Virus record (IMG/VR): IMGVR_UViG_3300025759_000058
Length of the DNA stretch: 64,000 bases
Reading direction: 5' to 3' (one strand)
DNA from: a virus
Shown: piece after piece, positions 34,407 to 43,338 of the stretch
How the letters are laid out: the number at the start of each line of letters is the position of its first letter
How positions within the stretch are numbered: the stretch's first letter is position 1
Notes under the pieces: model-generated
Told to the model about the DNA's origin: nothing
Databases searched by the model: none
What the model saw: only the letters and a program-made list of their open reading frames with translations
Position numbers and translations under genes: made by a program

Positions 34407-37115
34407 ATGCGAATAATATCCTTTTTATATTTGTTTTTAGCTGTTGCATTAACAAATATATCTGCGCAATGTGACGTATTTATCGAACCAGGGTCTGTAG
34501 AAGTTGTAGATAATGGTACTGGAGTTCAATTTAGATTTGATATAACGAATAATTCGGGAGTAGATTGGTATGGTGATGTTTTAAAAATGTATTGGTCACT
34601 CAATTCAAGTGCCCCAATATGGAATATTGATTACAGTACTGATGTAAATCAACCCCCAATAGCACCCGGTGAAACTAGGACAATCAAAACACCATGGTTT
34701 GATATTCCTAACTTACCTTCTTGGTTCCCCGATGACCCTACTACGGCTCAACCTTGGGAAGAATCTATGGAATGGCCCTATTATGGGCTATCTTTTCCTT
34801 TCCAAGGTGCCTGGTCCCAAATGAATTTAAGATTGGGAAGTTGTGGATTAGCAGATGGAGCATGGGTTCATGATGATAATGGTGATGCATACTATGGCCC
34901 ATTTAATACAGATTGCCCTGATTTAGATAATGATGCATTTTGTGATTGTGATTTAGAAATAGTAGGATTTAACCCTTCTAGTTTAGATATTGAAGTTGAA
35001 GTAGTGAGTCATTGGAATTGTGGACAACCCTTAAATGGATTAGATAACAGTACATCTGCTAATATTGATGGAATTAATATGATTCATTTCGGTATCCATG
35101 TGCCAGGATGGGATTTTCAATGGGGTTGTACTACTGATATTAACCATCCGGGCTGGTCTTTTACTGGATGGTCTACGTCTGATGAAAGCGAGTTCTTACT
35201 TGCAGGTGATGTTTTTCAGGAGAATTTAAATAATCTAATCCCTCCCAATTCATGTTTCGAGGACATATTATCTAACGATTCGATATCAGAATGTAGAGAA
35301 ATTGTATTATGGCAAATAAACTATTCTCAAACTTTAAGTACGGCTGACGGCGGCTGGGCATTGAATCCGCTAGATGAAAATAATACACAAGAATATCCTG
35401 ATAATACGCTTATAGATAACACAATATTAATTTGCGAAATACCTGTTGAAGGCTGCATCGATCCTTTTGCATCTAATTATAATCCTGACGCTGAGGTAGA
35501 TGATGGGTCATGCGAATACCTTTTCCCCGATGCTGACCCCAATGCAAACTTCAATGATGTAATATGTAATGGGGAAGAAGCTGAATCATTATATAACGTC
35601 TTTGTTTACAATCCAGGTAGTGATACTCTTTTTTATTATTGTGTAGAAATTCCTGAAATAGGGTTTGATGAATGTTATAATGGGTATCAATCAGGAAATT
35701 TATGGATTGAACCTGGCGCCGGCCAGTTTATAGGAACCTTTAATATTCCTTCTGATATAACTCAATTTACTATTATAGTATACAATGCTGAAGGTGAACA
35801 GGATGACGATAACTCAAATAACACACAAATAGTTAATGTAACTCCACCTAATGAAACTATTTGTATAGACCCTATTGAACTAGATTTATTAGGAGAAGAA
35901 ATATGGTCTATAGGAGGAACATGTACTGATCCTTATTTTAATCAATCATTTGTAGTTGAAAATACTGGAGAAGCAGTTGTTGATAGTTTCCTATTCGATA
36001 TATTTGTAACAACCTGGGACAATCAGTTTGTAAGTTCCTTATCTCAAACATTTTACCCTTCATTAGAACCGGGAGAACAATATACTATTAATAATCTTCC
36101 TAATATTTTTACTGGAGATTTAAACTATGTCTTTGTTTCAGTATCGTGGTATGATGAAACTGGAGAATTAGTAGTAGATACTCAATCTTTTAATGTTATT
36201 ATATACTGCTGGGGTTGTACAGATCCTGAAGCCAATAATTACATAGATAGTCCTTATGTATTCGATGAAATCCAAGACTACTGGACAAATGACTTCCCTA
36301 ATATTACTCCTCCTACGCCAGACCAAATAGAGTGTACATATGATATTTATGGCTGCACCGACCCATTAGCGTTGAATTACGAGCCAGATGCCAATATTGA
36401 TGACGGAAGCTGCGAGTATAATGTTTTTGGATGTACCGATCCTGCAGCTAACAATTACAATGCAGATGCTACTATCGATGACGGAAGCTGTGAATATGAT
36501 ATCTACGGTTGTACAGATTCAGATGCAATTAATTATGACTCAAATGCTACCATAGATGATGGTAGCTGTATGTTTCCAGGTTGCACAGACCCGGACGCTG
36601 ATAATTACGATCCTACAGCTAACGTCGACGATGGTAGTTGCGTCTATTATATCTACGGTTGCACAGATTCTGCAGCTATAAATTATAATCCTGATGCGAA
36701 CGTAGATGACGGTAATTGTATATATAATATTTACGGTTGTACAGATTCCAATGCCATTAATTATAATCCTATTGCATCGACTGATGACGGTAGTTGTATA
36801 TACGATCCATGCGATGGGCCGTTAGGTGCTATATATTTTGCACCTAATACGTTTACGCCTAATAACGATGGGATAAATGATGGATGGGCGGTTATATCAG
36901 ACCCATCATGTTGGCTTCGATGGAATGTTTATATTTTCAACCGATGGGGTCAATTAGTCTGGGAATCGACGACGCCTGGAGAAGTTTGGCCTGGTAGTAC
37001 ATTTAGTGGCGGTTATTACGTAGCTGATGGTATCTACTTTTATAAAGTAAAAGGTATTGGATATAATCCTGCTAATACATTTGAAACAACGGGTCATGTA
37101 ACAGTCTTTAGATAA
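34407..37115 (+). CDS. Large secreted Cys-repeat protein with a T9SS type-B (gliding-motility-associated) C-terminal domain
   Basis: Signal peptide; GCTD repeats; C-terminal PNTFTPNNDGIND...IFNRWGQLV...DGIYFY...G.VTVFR. Confidence 0.85.
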   Translation: MRIISFLYLFLAVALTNISAQCDVFIEPGSVEVVDNGTGVQFRFDITNNSGVDWYGDVLKMYWSLNSSAPIWNIDYSTDVNQPPIAPGETRTIKTPWFDIPNLPSWFPDDPTTAQPWEESMEWPYYGLSFPFQGAWSQMNLRLGSCGLADGAWVHDDNGDAYYGPFNTDCPDLDNDAFCDCDLEIVGFNPSSLDIEVEVVSHWNCGQPLNGLDNSTSANIDGINMIHFGIHVPGWDFQWGCTTDINHPGWSFTGWSTSDESEFLLAGDVFQENLNNLIPPNSCFEDILSNDSISECREIVLWQINYSQTLSTADGGWALNPLDENNTQEYPDNTLIDNTILICEIPVEGCIDPFASNYNPDAEVDDGSCEYLFPDADPNANFNDVICNGEEAESLYNVFVYNPGSDTLFYYCVEIPEIGFDECYNGYQSGNLWIEPGAGQFIGTFNIPSDITQFTIIVYNAEGEQDDDNSNNTQIVNVTPPNETICIDPIELDLLGEEIWSIGGTCTDPYFNQSFVVENTGEAVVDSFLFDIFVTTWDNQFVSSLSQTFYPSLEPGEQYTINNLPNIFTGDLNYVFVSVSWYDETGELVVDTQSFNVIIYCWGCTDPEANNYIDSPYVFDEIQDYWTNDFPNITPPTPDQIECTYDIYGCTDPLALNYEPDANIDDGSCEYNVFGCTDPAANNYNADATIDDGSCEYDIYGCTDSDAINYDSNATIDDGSCMFPGCTDPDADNYDPTANVDDGSCVYYIYGCTDSAAINYNPDANVDDGNCIYNIYGCTDSNAINYNPIASTDDGSCIYDPCDGPLGAIYFAPNTFTPNNDGINDGWAVISDPSCWLRWNVYIFNRWGQLVWESTTPGEVWPGSTFSGGYYVADGIYFYKVKGIGYNPANTFETTGHVTVFR
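36351..36803 (+). repeat. Six tandem 72-78 nt repeats encoding GCTDxxAxNYxxxAxxDDGSCxY
   Basis: Units start at 36351, 36429, 36507, 36579, 36657 and 36735; dispersed copies lie near 35451 and 36212. Confidence 0.9.
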
Positions 37116-37132
37116 AAAAAGTTTCCAAAGAA

Positions 37133-37164
37133 TTTGGATTCGAATATCTTTATCCTTATCTTTA
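37133..37164 (+). promoter_or_regulatory. Early promoter (-33/-7)
   Basis: TTTGGATTC...TATCTTTA. Confidence 0.75.
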
Positions 37165-37187
37165 AGTATAATTAAAAGATAAAGGTT

Positions 37188-37349
37188 ATGTTAAAGACTT
37201 TTGGAAACATTGAAGTTGAATTGAGCGGTTCTTTGCTCAATATACGAAACAATGGCGAGCTTGTTAAGTCCGAGCTTTGCAAAGCGGATGATGCCGTTTA
37301 CAAATTCAAGACAATGTGCAAGCGTGTTGAAGAATATCTCGCTGCGTAA
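37188..37349 (+). CDS. Small early protein (53 aa), not in the ORF track
   Basis: MLKTFGNIEVELSGSLL...; coupled to the next gene by TAATG. Confidence 0.6.
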   Translation: MLKTFGNIEVELSGSLLNIRNNGELVKSELCKADDAVYKFKTMCKRVEEYLAA

Positions 37350-37642
37350 TGATCGAGTTTAAAGGTAGCTATGCACCGGCAATTGTATCAGTAGGATCTG
37401 GTACATATCTATGCCCCGGATGGATTCCAGTTCCGCCTAATACAACGCGCGCTGATATCAAATGGATTCGGCCGGAGCCTCCAAAAATCAAATCATATAA
37501 TGTTACTAGTAGCAATGGTAAGTCATCATATACAGTAACTAACATCAATGACCGTTGGAGTTGTAACTGTACCGGATTTAAGTTTCATAAACGTTGTAAA
37601 CATATAACACATGCCCAGGAAGAAAAAATTAGTTGTAGGTGA
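37349..37642 (+). CDS. SWIM zinc-finger protein
   Basis: YTV...WSCNCTGF...CKHI. Confidence 0.75.
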   Translation: MIEFKGSYAPAIVSVGSGTYLCPGWIPVPPNTTRADIKWIRPEPPKIKSYNVTSSNGKSSYTVTNINDRWSCNCTGFKFHKRCKHITHAQEEKISCR

Positions 37643-37937
37643 TAAAGCCGCAGTACGTTTTTTAGGTGGTATTGAAGAATGTACTGTTATCGAAGTAATG
37701 AAAGATAAGTCGTATAAAATGCGCATGCGTACCGGTACTATCATTCCTAACTGCTTTTGGAAGCAGGATGCGCATAAAAAAGCAGCCTGGTACATTGAAG
37801 AGTACCTAGGCAAAGATATAGGCGTAAAGTCTCCGGAGATTCATAGTACCAAGGAGCACACTACGGATAAAAAACAGCTTAAAGATGAAATCAAAAAGCA
37901 ACAAGACTTTATACGAGGCAAGCATAAAAAAGGCTAA
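37611..37937 (+). CDS. Hypothetical SH3-like protein
   Basis: 108 aa ORF. Confidence 0.6.
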   Translation: MPRKKKLVVGDKAAVRFLGGIEECTVIEVMKDKSYKMRMRTGTIIPNCFWKQDAHKKAAWYIEEYLGKDIGVKSPEIHSTKEHTTDKKQLKDEIKKQQDFIRGKHKKG

Positions 37938-38134
37938 ACCATTCCCGTTTATTCATATTTATAAATGCTTGATTGAAAGTCGACGAGGCCAATGTTGGGT
38001 AAAGTATCCTATGCATTGTGATTATCCAGAACCTAGGTGTCGTCAAAATTTAATGGAGTTAAGAAATCGTTTCAGACTGGCATATGGCCAGTTTCGTTTA
38101 GTTAAAATAAAAGTTTTAAAATCAAAAGTTAACA

Positions 38135-38272
38135 ATGGCTAAAAAAATGTCTATCTCAGGGTATTCTGCTAGAACCCCAAAAAAGCGTCCAGGCGTGCAC
38201 GCTAAAACAAAAAATAGTAAGAATAAACAATCTAAAAATTATAAAAAAGCATATCGCGGTCAGGGGAGGTAA
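38135..38272 (+). CDS. Small basic YRGQG-terminal protein (45 aa), not in the ORF track
   Basis: MAKKMS...KKRPGVHAK...YKKAYRGQGR; this C-terminus is common in phages. Confidence 0.7.
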   Translation: MAKKMSISGYSARTPKKRPGVHAKTKNSKNKQSKNYKKAYRGQGR

Positions 38273-38276
38273 GACT

Positions 38277-38456
38277 ATGAATCGCGAAGATCGTTTCCTA
38301 TTCGTATATAACGAAATTGAGTCACGTCAATTGCGTGAGCAGTTTAATGCACAGGTCAATAAGATGCGTGCCCAATCTAAACATCGTTTTAAAGATATGT
38401 TAGAAATTTGGGAATATGCGTATGAAAAACTCACCCATAATCAAGATTATCGATAA
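38277..38456 (+). CDS. Small hypothetical protein (59 aa), not in the ORF track
   Basis: MNREDRFLFVYNE...WEYAYEKL. Confidence 0.6.
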   Translation: MNREDRFLFVYNEIESRQLREQFNAQVNKMRAQSKHRFKDMLEIWEYAYEKLTHNQDYR

Positions 38457-38469
38457 TATTTATATATGA

Positions 38470-38685
38470 ATGATTATTTTAGAAAATATAGAAACGGGTG
38501 ATATCTTCGAAGGCGATGACATCGAATACTTTGTTGATGATGATACTCTGATAGGTGAAGTGTATCTCGATGGAGAGCTTATTTATCAAGACGTGGATAT
38601 TATTGACGAAGAACAGTTAGAACTATCTTTTAACAGATGTTTCATACAAACGAACGTTGACCCATTAGATCATTATTTTATCTAA
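38470..38685 (+). CDS. Acidic hypothetical protein
   Basis: 71 aa, strongly acidic; ATATTTAT at 38456. Confidence 0.65.
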   Translation: MIILENIETGDIFEGDDIEYFVDDDTLIGEVYLDGELIYQDVDIIDEEQLELSFNRCFIQTNVDPLDHYFI

Positions 38686-38715
38686 CATTAGATATTTATA
38701 ACAAAGGAGCATGTT

Positions 38716-38901
38716 ATGACATCACAAGAATTATTTACAAATATGGAAGCTCATTGGAATGAGTTTGTAGACAATCATACTAAGTATGTTGAGAAAGGAA
38801 ATAAGGCAGCTGCAACTAGAGCACGTAAATCTATAGGTGAACTCAAAAAGTTAGTTACAGAGTACAGAAAAGAATCAGTTGCTGAAAGCAAAAGATCGTA
38901 A
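38716..38901 (+). CDS. Histone H1-like (Hc1-like) small protein
   Basis: KGNKAAATRARK...EYRKES, as in the Bacteroidota Hc1-like family. Confidence 0.7.
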   Translation: MTSQELFTNMEAHWNEFVDNHTKYVEKGNKAAATRARKSIGELKKLVTEYRKESVAESKRS

Positions 38902-38903
38902 TT

Positions 38904-39299
38904 ATGAAAACCGACTTAGAAAACAGACTTAAAGATATTATTCGAGAAGAAGTACGTACCATTGTACGAGAAGAGAGTGGTAAGTATGGACGTATTTTAG
39001 ATATCGAAAATTTTGATCCAGTAGATCCAGAAGTATATGTCACCGGGTTCGGGACAATGACTCGTTCCGTATTACGGAATGACATTGCCAAACGATTACT
39101 TGGCTTAGCAAAAACAGCAAAACAAGCGGCGGCCGGCGATACAGGATCTTTTGATAAATTTAAAGTCTTAGAATCTGAGTTAGGCGAACGATCACAAATT
39201 ATGCAACTGATTAAAGCTGAAGTAGAAATTGCAGAACAGTTAGAAGCATTACGTACCCAAGGCGGGCGTAGAACAACACCAATTCCAAAGCAATTTTAA
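38904..39299 (+). CDS. Protein with an LKDIIREE tag variant
   Basis: RLKDIIREEVRTIVREE. Confidence 0.65.
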   Translation: MKTDLENRLKDIIREEVRTIVREESGKYGRILDIENFDPVDPEVYVTGFGTMTRSVLRNDIAKRLLGLAKTAKQAAAGDTGSFDKFKVLESELGERSQIMQLIKAEVEIAEQLEALRTQGGRRTTPIPKQF

Positions 39300-39344
39300 A
39301 TTTGGAATTATAAAAAATCGTTATTATATTTAAAACAAAAAGTT

Positions 39345-39557
39345 ATGAGTTATTATCTAGTAAAGGTAAAGGTCGCTACAGATACTCCTAAAGGAGTTAA
39401 ATGGCAAACAGAAACATATTTAGCAAACGCCGCTACAGTAACGCATGCAGAGGCAATGGTTAATGAAGATTTTCAACATAGTGGAATTGACTTCGAAGTT
39501 AAGTCGATATCAGCTAGTCCTATTATGAAAGTTATCGAGTCTCAAAACAAAGGATAA
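39345..39557 (+). CDS. DUF4494-like protein
   Basis: YYLVKVK...ETYLANAATVTHAEA...FEVKSIS.S.I; promoter at 39301-39332. Confidence 0.65.
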   Translation: MSYYLVKVKVATDTPKGVKWQTETYLANAATVTHAEAMVNEDFQHSGIDFEVKSISASPIMKVIESQNKG

Positions 39558-39931
39558 TGAGTAAATATGTACAAGGCGACCATGTTGTTATTTTCAACGA
39601 AGGCCGATATGAAGTAGCATTGGTTACAAATATCCGTAAGAAAAAAAATGCAATCGTAGGATACGATCTCCGAACAGAACGTGGGTCAGGCTTACCAATT
39701 GTAACAGTAAGTAAGTCTAGAACTAATACATTTATCGATCCACAAATGACTCATATGTGGCATGCTAATGGCGGATTTACACATATGTATGTTGATAAGA
39801 GTTTAGGGCATACGCGTGCAAACTATGGTTCAGATGTTCAATTACGTATTGATGGTGACGATGGAAAGGTTGGTCATTTTGAAAAATATAATGATTTAAT
39901 CTTCCCAACGATTGGTGCCAGATCATACTAA
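39557..39931 (+). CDS. Hypothetical protein
   Basis: 124 aa ORF. Confidence 0.65.
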   Translation: MSKYVQGDHVVIFNEGRYEVALVTNIRKKKNAIVGYDLRTERGSGLPIVTVSKSRTNTFIDPQMTHMWHANGGFTHMYVDKSLGHTRANYGSDVQLRIDGDDGKVGHFEKYNDLIFPTIGARSY

Positions 39932-39934
39932 GTC

Positions 39935-40231
39935 ATGAACAAATTTAAACGTAAAGTACTTAAACAACACCCTACCGCAAGAATCGAGTTTACTGATGCA
40001 GGACTTCAAGTTACAGCAAACGGTAACATCTTAGCAGAAGAATATTTTCTGCCAGAAACTAATGATGAAGATACTGCATGGGAGTATGCAGCCATGGCAT
40101 GTAGGGTAACGCAGAACTTTAATCGTACACATCCAATGAGAATGGACTTATCTTCATTAGAAGAAAAGATTAATAGAATTAATAGACGTAAACGTAAAGC
40201 AAATGTTCGATCGAATAAGAAAAAAAATTAA
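39935..40231 (+). CDS. Hypothetical protein
   Basis: 98 aa ORF. Confidence 0.65.
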   Translation: MNKFKRKVLKQHPTARIEFTDAGLQVTANGNILAEEYFLPETNDEDTAWEYAAMACRVTQNFNRTHPMRMDLSSLEEKINRINRRKRKANVRSNKKKN

Positions 40232-40913
40232 AAAACAAAATACTGAAATGCAAGATATTATTTCAGATGAATTACAAGAAGTCGAATTAACCGAGCCGGA
40301 ACAAGCTGAGCTCGAGACGACGATACAATCTGACCCGGATTATTTACAGTATGCTCCGGAGGCAGTAGGATATGCTACTCGAGAACAGCAGTTTAATATG
40401 TATAAAGCAATTGCAACGCATATTGATGATCCGACTCGTAGTATATTAGATTTCGGTGCAGGTAGAGGAGACTTTGGCCGATGGTTATGTTCAAACTATG
40501 AACTTACAACGAATGACATTCAGTATAAAGGTATAGAACTAAATCAACCTTTGGTAGATGCATGTACTGCACTAAATGACAATATCAATGTCACTACGGC
40601 GGATTGGCTTAACTTAGATGATAGTGTAAAAGCAGAATGGTGTGTTAATATCAATTCAAATAATATGCGTTATGATGCAGATATTACGAAATCTGATATG
40701 GACTATCTTCAGAGTACTATTTCTAAGATGTATGACACTGCAGAATTAGGAGTCGTAATTTCGTTAACATCGGATGTAACAAATACACAAGATGGCTTGA
40801 TAAATTGGAACGCCGGTGATATATTTAATTGGGCACAAAATACATTTGGACGTGTTGCGTTAGACCATACAATGTCCGATGACATGTTCATTTTAATCAT
40901 TTATAAATTTTAA
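40203..40913 (+). CDS. Class I SAM-dependent methyltransferase
   Basis: SILDFGAGRGD motif I and YKGIELN motif II. Confidence 0.75.
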   Translation: MFDRIRKKIKKQNTEMQDIISDELQEVELTEPEQAELETTIQSDPDYLQYAPEAVGYATREQQFNMYKAIATHIDDPTRSILDFGAGRGDFGRWLCSNYELTTNDIQYKGIELNQPLVDACTALNDNINVTTADWLNLDDSVKAEWCVNINSNNMRYDADITKSDMDYLQSTISKMYDTAELGVVISLTSDVTNTQDGLINWNAGDIFNWAQNTFGRVALDHTMSDDMFILIIYKF

Positions 40914-40917
40914 AACT

Positions 40918-41193
40918 ATGAGTATAAACAATAGACATTCTGTTGATCAGCAAAAGGTTCGTCGTTATGGACGTCATTACGGTTCAATTGATTTTGAATG
41001 TAATCAATCAATCGACGCAAATTTGTTTCAAAAATCACCGGAGCGTCCGGTCATTGGAACATTTATGATTGATAATAAATCATTTGATCTTACATGGGAC
41101 GAATTGGAACTTATCGAAGAAACGATGAAGACAGCACGTGAGACGACCATGAAGCGTTATCGTTTAGGAATGATGGGGAGATTGAGCAGATAA
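40918..41193 (+). CDS. Hypothetical protein
   Basis: 91 aa ORF. Confidence 0.65.
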   Translation: MSINNRHSVDQQKVRRYGRHYGSIDFECNQSIDANLFQKSPERPVIGTFMIDNKSFDLTWDELELIEETMKTARETTMKRYRLGMMGRLSR

Positions 41194-41423
41194 TGGGGTT
41201 TCATCGTCGCAGTATTAACGTTGATCTAATTAGATCAGAATATTTGCGGCTAGGTTATGAAGGAATCGATAGACTTTTTAAGAAAGGAAGATATGATGTA
41301 TTATCATTAAGTGATGCAAAGTCAGTTAAAATTCATGATATCTTCCTTTCTTACTTTGATTCTGAGCTAGATAAATGCAAGCATATTCATAAGATTCTAT
41401 TTGATGAGATTAACGAAATCTAA
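41193..41423 (+). CDS. Hypothetical protein
   Basis: 76 aa, MGFHRR. Confidence 0.6.
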   Translation: MGFHRRSINVDLIRSEYLRLGYEGIDRLFKKGRYDVLSLSDAKSVKIHDIFLSYFDSELDKCKHIHKILFDEINEI

Positions 41424-41492
41424 TATTTATTTTAAAGAGGGTATTATCCATGACCCAGTCACTCTCTTTACTATTAGATAATCTATAGTATT

Positions 41493-41885
41493 ATGAAGTT
41501 AAGTGACCTACAATTACATGAGGATGAATTTGATGTATTCATCGGACTTCCGCCGTCGTTAAAAATAGCTTTTATTGAAGATATACACCGTAACGGCGAA
41601 GTTGAAATTGAAAAATACTTGCAAGGAATGTATGATCGGCAAGATCTAATGTTTCAATTTCAAGAAGTAGTTGTTGATGATGAATATATGAGCGTGATAC
41701 AATATGGTGATGTGTTACGACTAAATGCATCTAGCCTTAAGCTTCTAAAAACATTCGTTAAAAAGCTTTGGATGGATGGTCTTATTTTATCTCGAATACA
41801 CGAAACAAAAACAATTTGGGATACGAGGAGATATTTACGTGTCTATAAATTGCTATCACAAGTATCACCTATCTGCGAAAATTAA
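41493..41885 (+). CDS. Hypothetical protein
   Basis: 130 aa ORF. Confidence 0.65.
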   Translation: MKLSDLQLHEDEFDVFIGLPPSLKIAFIEDIHRNGEVEIEKYLQGMYDRQDLMFQFQEVVVDDEYMSVIQYGDVLRLNASSLKLLKTFVKKLWMDGLILSRIHETKTIWDTRRYLRVYKLLSQVSPICEN

Positions 41886-41900
41886 AAAAGTTTAAAATAA

Positions 41901-41932
41901 CTTGGCATTTAACGTTAAAGTTATTATATTTA
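41901..41932 (+). promoter_or_regulatory. Early promoter of the hsp20 gene
   Basis: CTTGG...TATATTTA, 24-nt register; overlaps an ATATTTAT motif. Confidence 0.6.
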
Positions 41933-41940
41933 TATCTGAA

Positions 41941-42445
41941 AAGGGTTGATACTGCGGGTCGGCCATTTTTTAAAAATTATTGTTTAACCATCTAAGGAGG
42001 TAAAAATTATGAGTAGATATCCACTACAATCATTCGATCTCTTGTTTAGAGATATGTTTAATGCAAATTCAGATTTTGCATCAGCTTTTCAAACCAAAGT
42101 TCATCACCCAGTAGATATTCGAGAGACCGATGAAGGTCTTTTAATTGAGATTGCAGTCGTAGGAGCTGAGCGTGATGATATTGAGCTTTTGGCTCAAGGC
42201 GATACTATTAGGGTCGCATATCGCAAAGATAATCGTGAAGAAGACGATTATATCCAACGTGGGATTGCAAAACGCAATTTCGATTTAGGCTGGCGCTTGG
42301 CTAGTAAGTTTGTCGTTGAGCAGACAACAGCAACTCTTGATAAAGGGCTGTTGACTATCCATGTTCCATTTGTTAAAGAAGAAAAACCAGTTAAGGTTAC
42401 GATTAAGTAATTAGTTACGTAGGCCGGCCCGCAAATCAGCCTCTT
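41941..42445 (+). repeat. Inverted repeat bracketing the hsp20 gene (5'UTR/3'UTR stem)
   Basis: TGCGGGTCGGCC (41953-64) pairs with GGCCGGCCCGCA (42422-33); GGGTTGAT (41943-50) pairs with ATCAGCCT (42435-42). Confidence 0.8.
42009..42410 (+). CDS. Small heat-shock protein (Hsp20/alpha-crystallin)
   Basis: HPVDIRE...IEIAVVG...YIQRGIAKRNF...ATLDKGLLTIHVP. Confidence 0.9.
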   Translation: MSRYPLQSFDLLFRDMFNANSDFASAFQTKVHHPVDIRETDEGLLIEIAVVGAERDDIELLAQGDTIRVAYRKDNREEDDYIQRGIAKRNFDLGWRLASKFVVEQTTATLDKGLLTIHVPFVKEEKPVKVTIK

Positions 42446-42475
42446 ATACCTATTTTAAGAACGATTAACAACGCT

Positions 42476-42670
42476 TTGAAGCAATACCAGTATATAGATT
42501 ACCAGAACCAACTCTTTATTGTGGAACGTGTTATACGTAGAAGCCATTTTAAAAAAGAATTGGATAGTGTATTGTTAAAGAAATGGACACATTGTGATAC
42601 GATATTACAAAAAGATGACCATTTCTATTTTTGCAATTTAGTGCCTGATGCGGAAATAATTTCCGAATAA
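42476..42670 (+). CDS. Hypothetical protein
   Basis: 64 aa, TTG start. Confidence 0.6.
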   Translation: MKQYQYIDYQNQLFIVERVIRRSHFKKELDSVLLKKWTHCDTILQKDDHFYFCNLVPDAEIISE

Positions 42671-42671
42671 A

Positions 42672-42703
42672 TTTGGATTCGTACTTTTTTTCTCTTATCT
42701 TTA
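42672..42703 (+). promoter_or_regulatory. Early promoter (-33/-7)
   Basis: TTTGGATTC...TATCTTTA. Confidence 0.75.
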
Positions 42704-42722
42704 GATATAAGAAATTAAGAAG

Positions 42723-42828
42723 AAGTAAGAGCGAGTGAGTACGCTGTTAGGTTGGCATCAAGAAAAAGGGTTTGTAGTAAGGCCAGCATACCAGAAACCC
42801 CGAAACACCCATAAGCTCGCTCTTACTT
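42723..42828 (+). ncRNA. Candidate ~106-nt structured RNA (6S-like rod or leader element)
   Basis: Perfect 13-bp closing stem AAGTAAGAGCGAG/CTCGCTCTTACTT, inner GGGTTT/AAACCC stem and a large internal bubble, directly after a promoter. Confidence 0.55.
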
Positions 42829-42838
42829 TAAATAATAA

Positions 42839-43309
42839 ATGACGATGAAAAATAAAGTTGTAATCTTCGATCTCGATGGCACATTGGCATTGATCGACGA
42901 TCGTCGCAAATTAGCGACAAAGCCAGATGGCAAAATGGATTGGGATAAATTTTTCGATCCTACAAATATTGATTTAGATTTGCCTAACGATCCAGTAATT
43001 CAAATGGCACAATCGCTTAAAGATTCTGGTAAAACTATTGTCATCTTTTCCGGAAGGAGTAAGGCGACCAAGGATGCTACTCGAAATTGGCTGAATCGCC
43101 ACAATGTACCATTTGATATTCTTAAGATGCGTCCGACCGGGCACCCATGGGCATTTATGCCAGATGATAAACTTAAGCAAGGATGGCTTGATGATTTGTT
43201 TACCGATAAGTCAGATATTCTTTGTGTATTTGATGACCGACAAAAGGTAGTAGATATGTGGCGAGCAAATGACATTACTTGTATGCAAGTTGCACCAGGA
43301 CAATTTTGA
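42839..43309 (+). CDS. HAD-family phosphatase (polynucleotide kinase 3'-phosphatase domain-like)
   Basis: FDLDGTLA, FSGR, LKMR, FDDR..VV.MWR and QVAPG. Confidence 0.85.
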   Translation: MTMKNKVVIFDLDGTLALIDDRRKLATKPDGKMDWDKFFDPTNIDLDLPNDPVIQMAQSLKDSGKTIVIFSGRSKATKDATRNWLNRHNVPFDILKMRPTGHPWAFMPDDKLKQGWLDDLFTDKSDILCVFDDRQKVVDMWRANDITCMQVAPGQF

Positions 43310-43338
43310 TTTTTGAGAAATAGTTATTATCTTTATAT

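Noticed and set aside
36351-36803. CRISPR array or DGR template/variable repeat
   Set aside because: The repeats are in-frame protein repeats with synonymous variation; there are no spacers, cas genes or reverse transcriptase.
41493-41522. MKLSDLQLHE as another capsid tag
   Set aside because: The hydrophobic register does not fit (Gln at a conserved hydrophobic position), so it was not counted.
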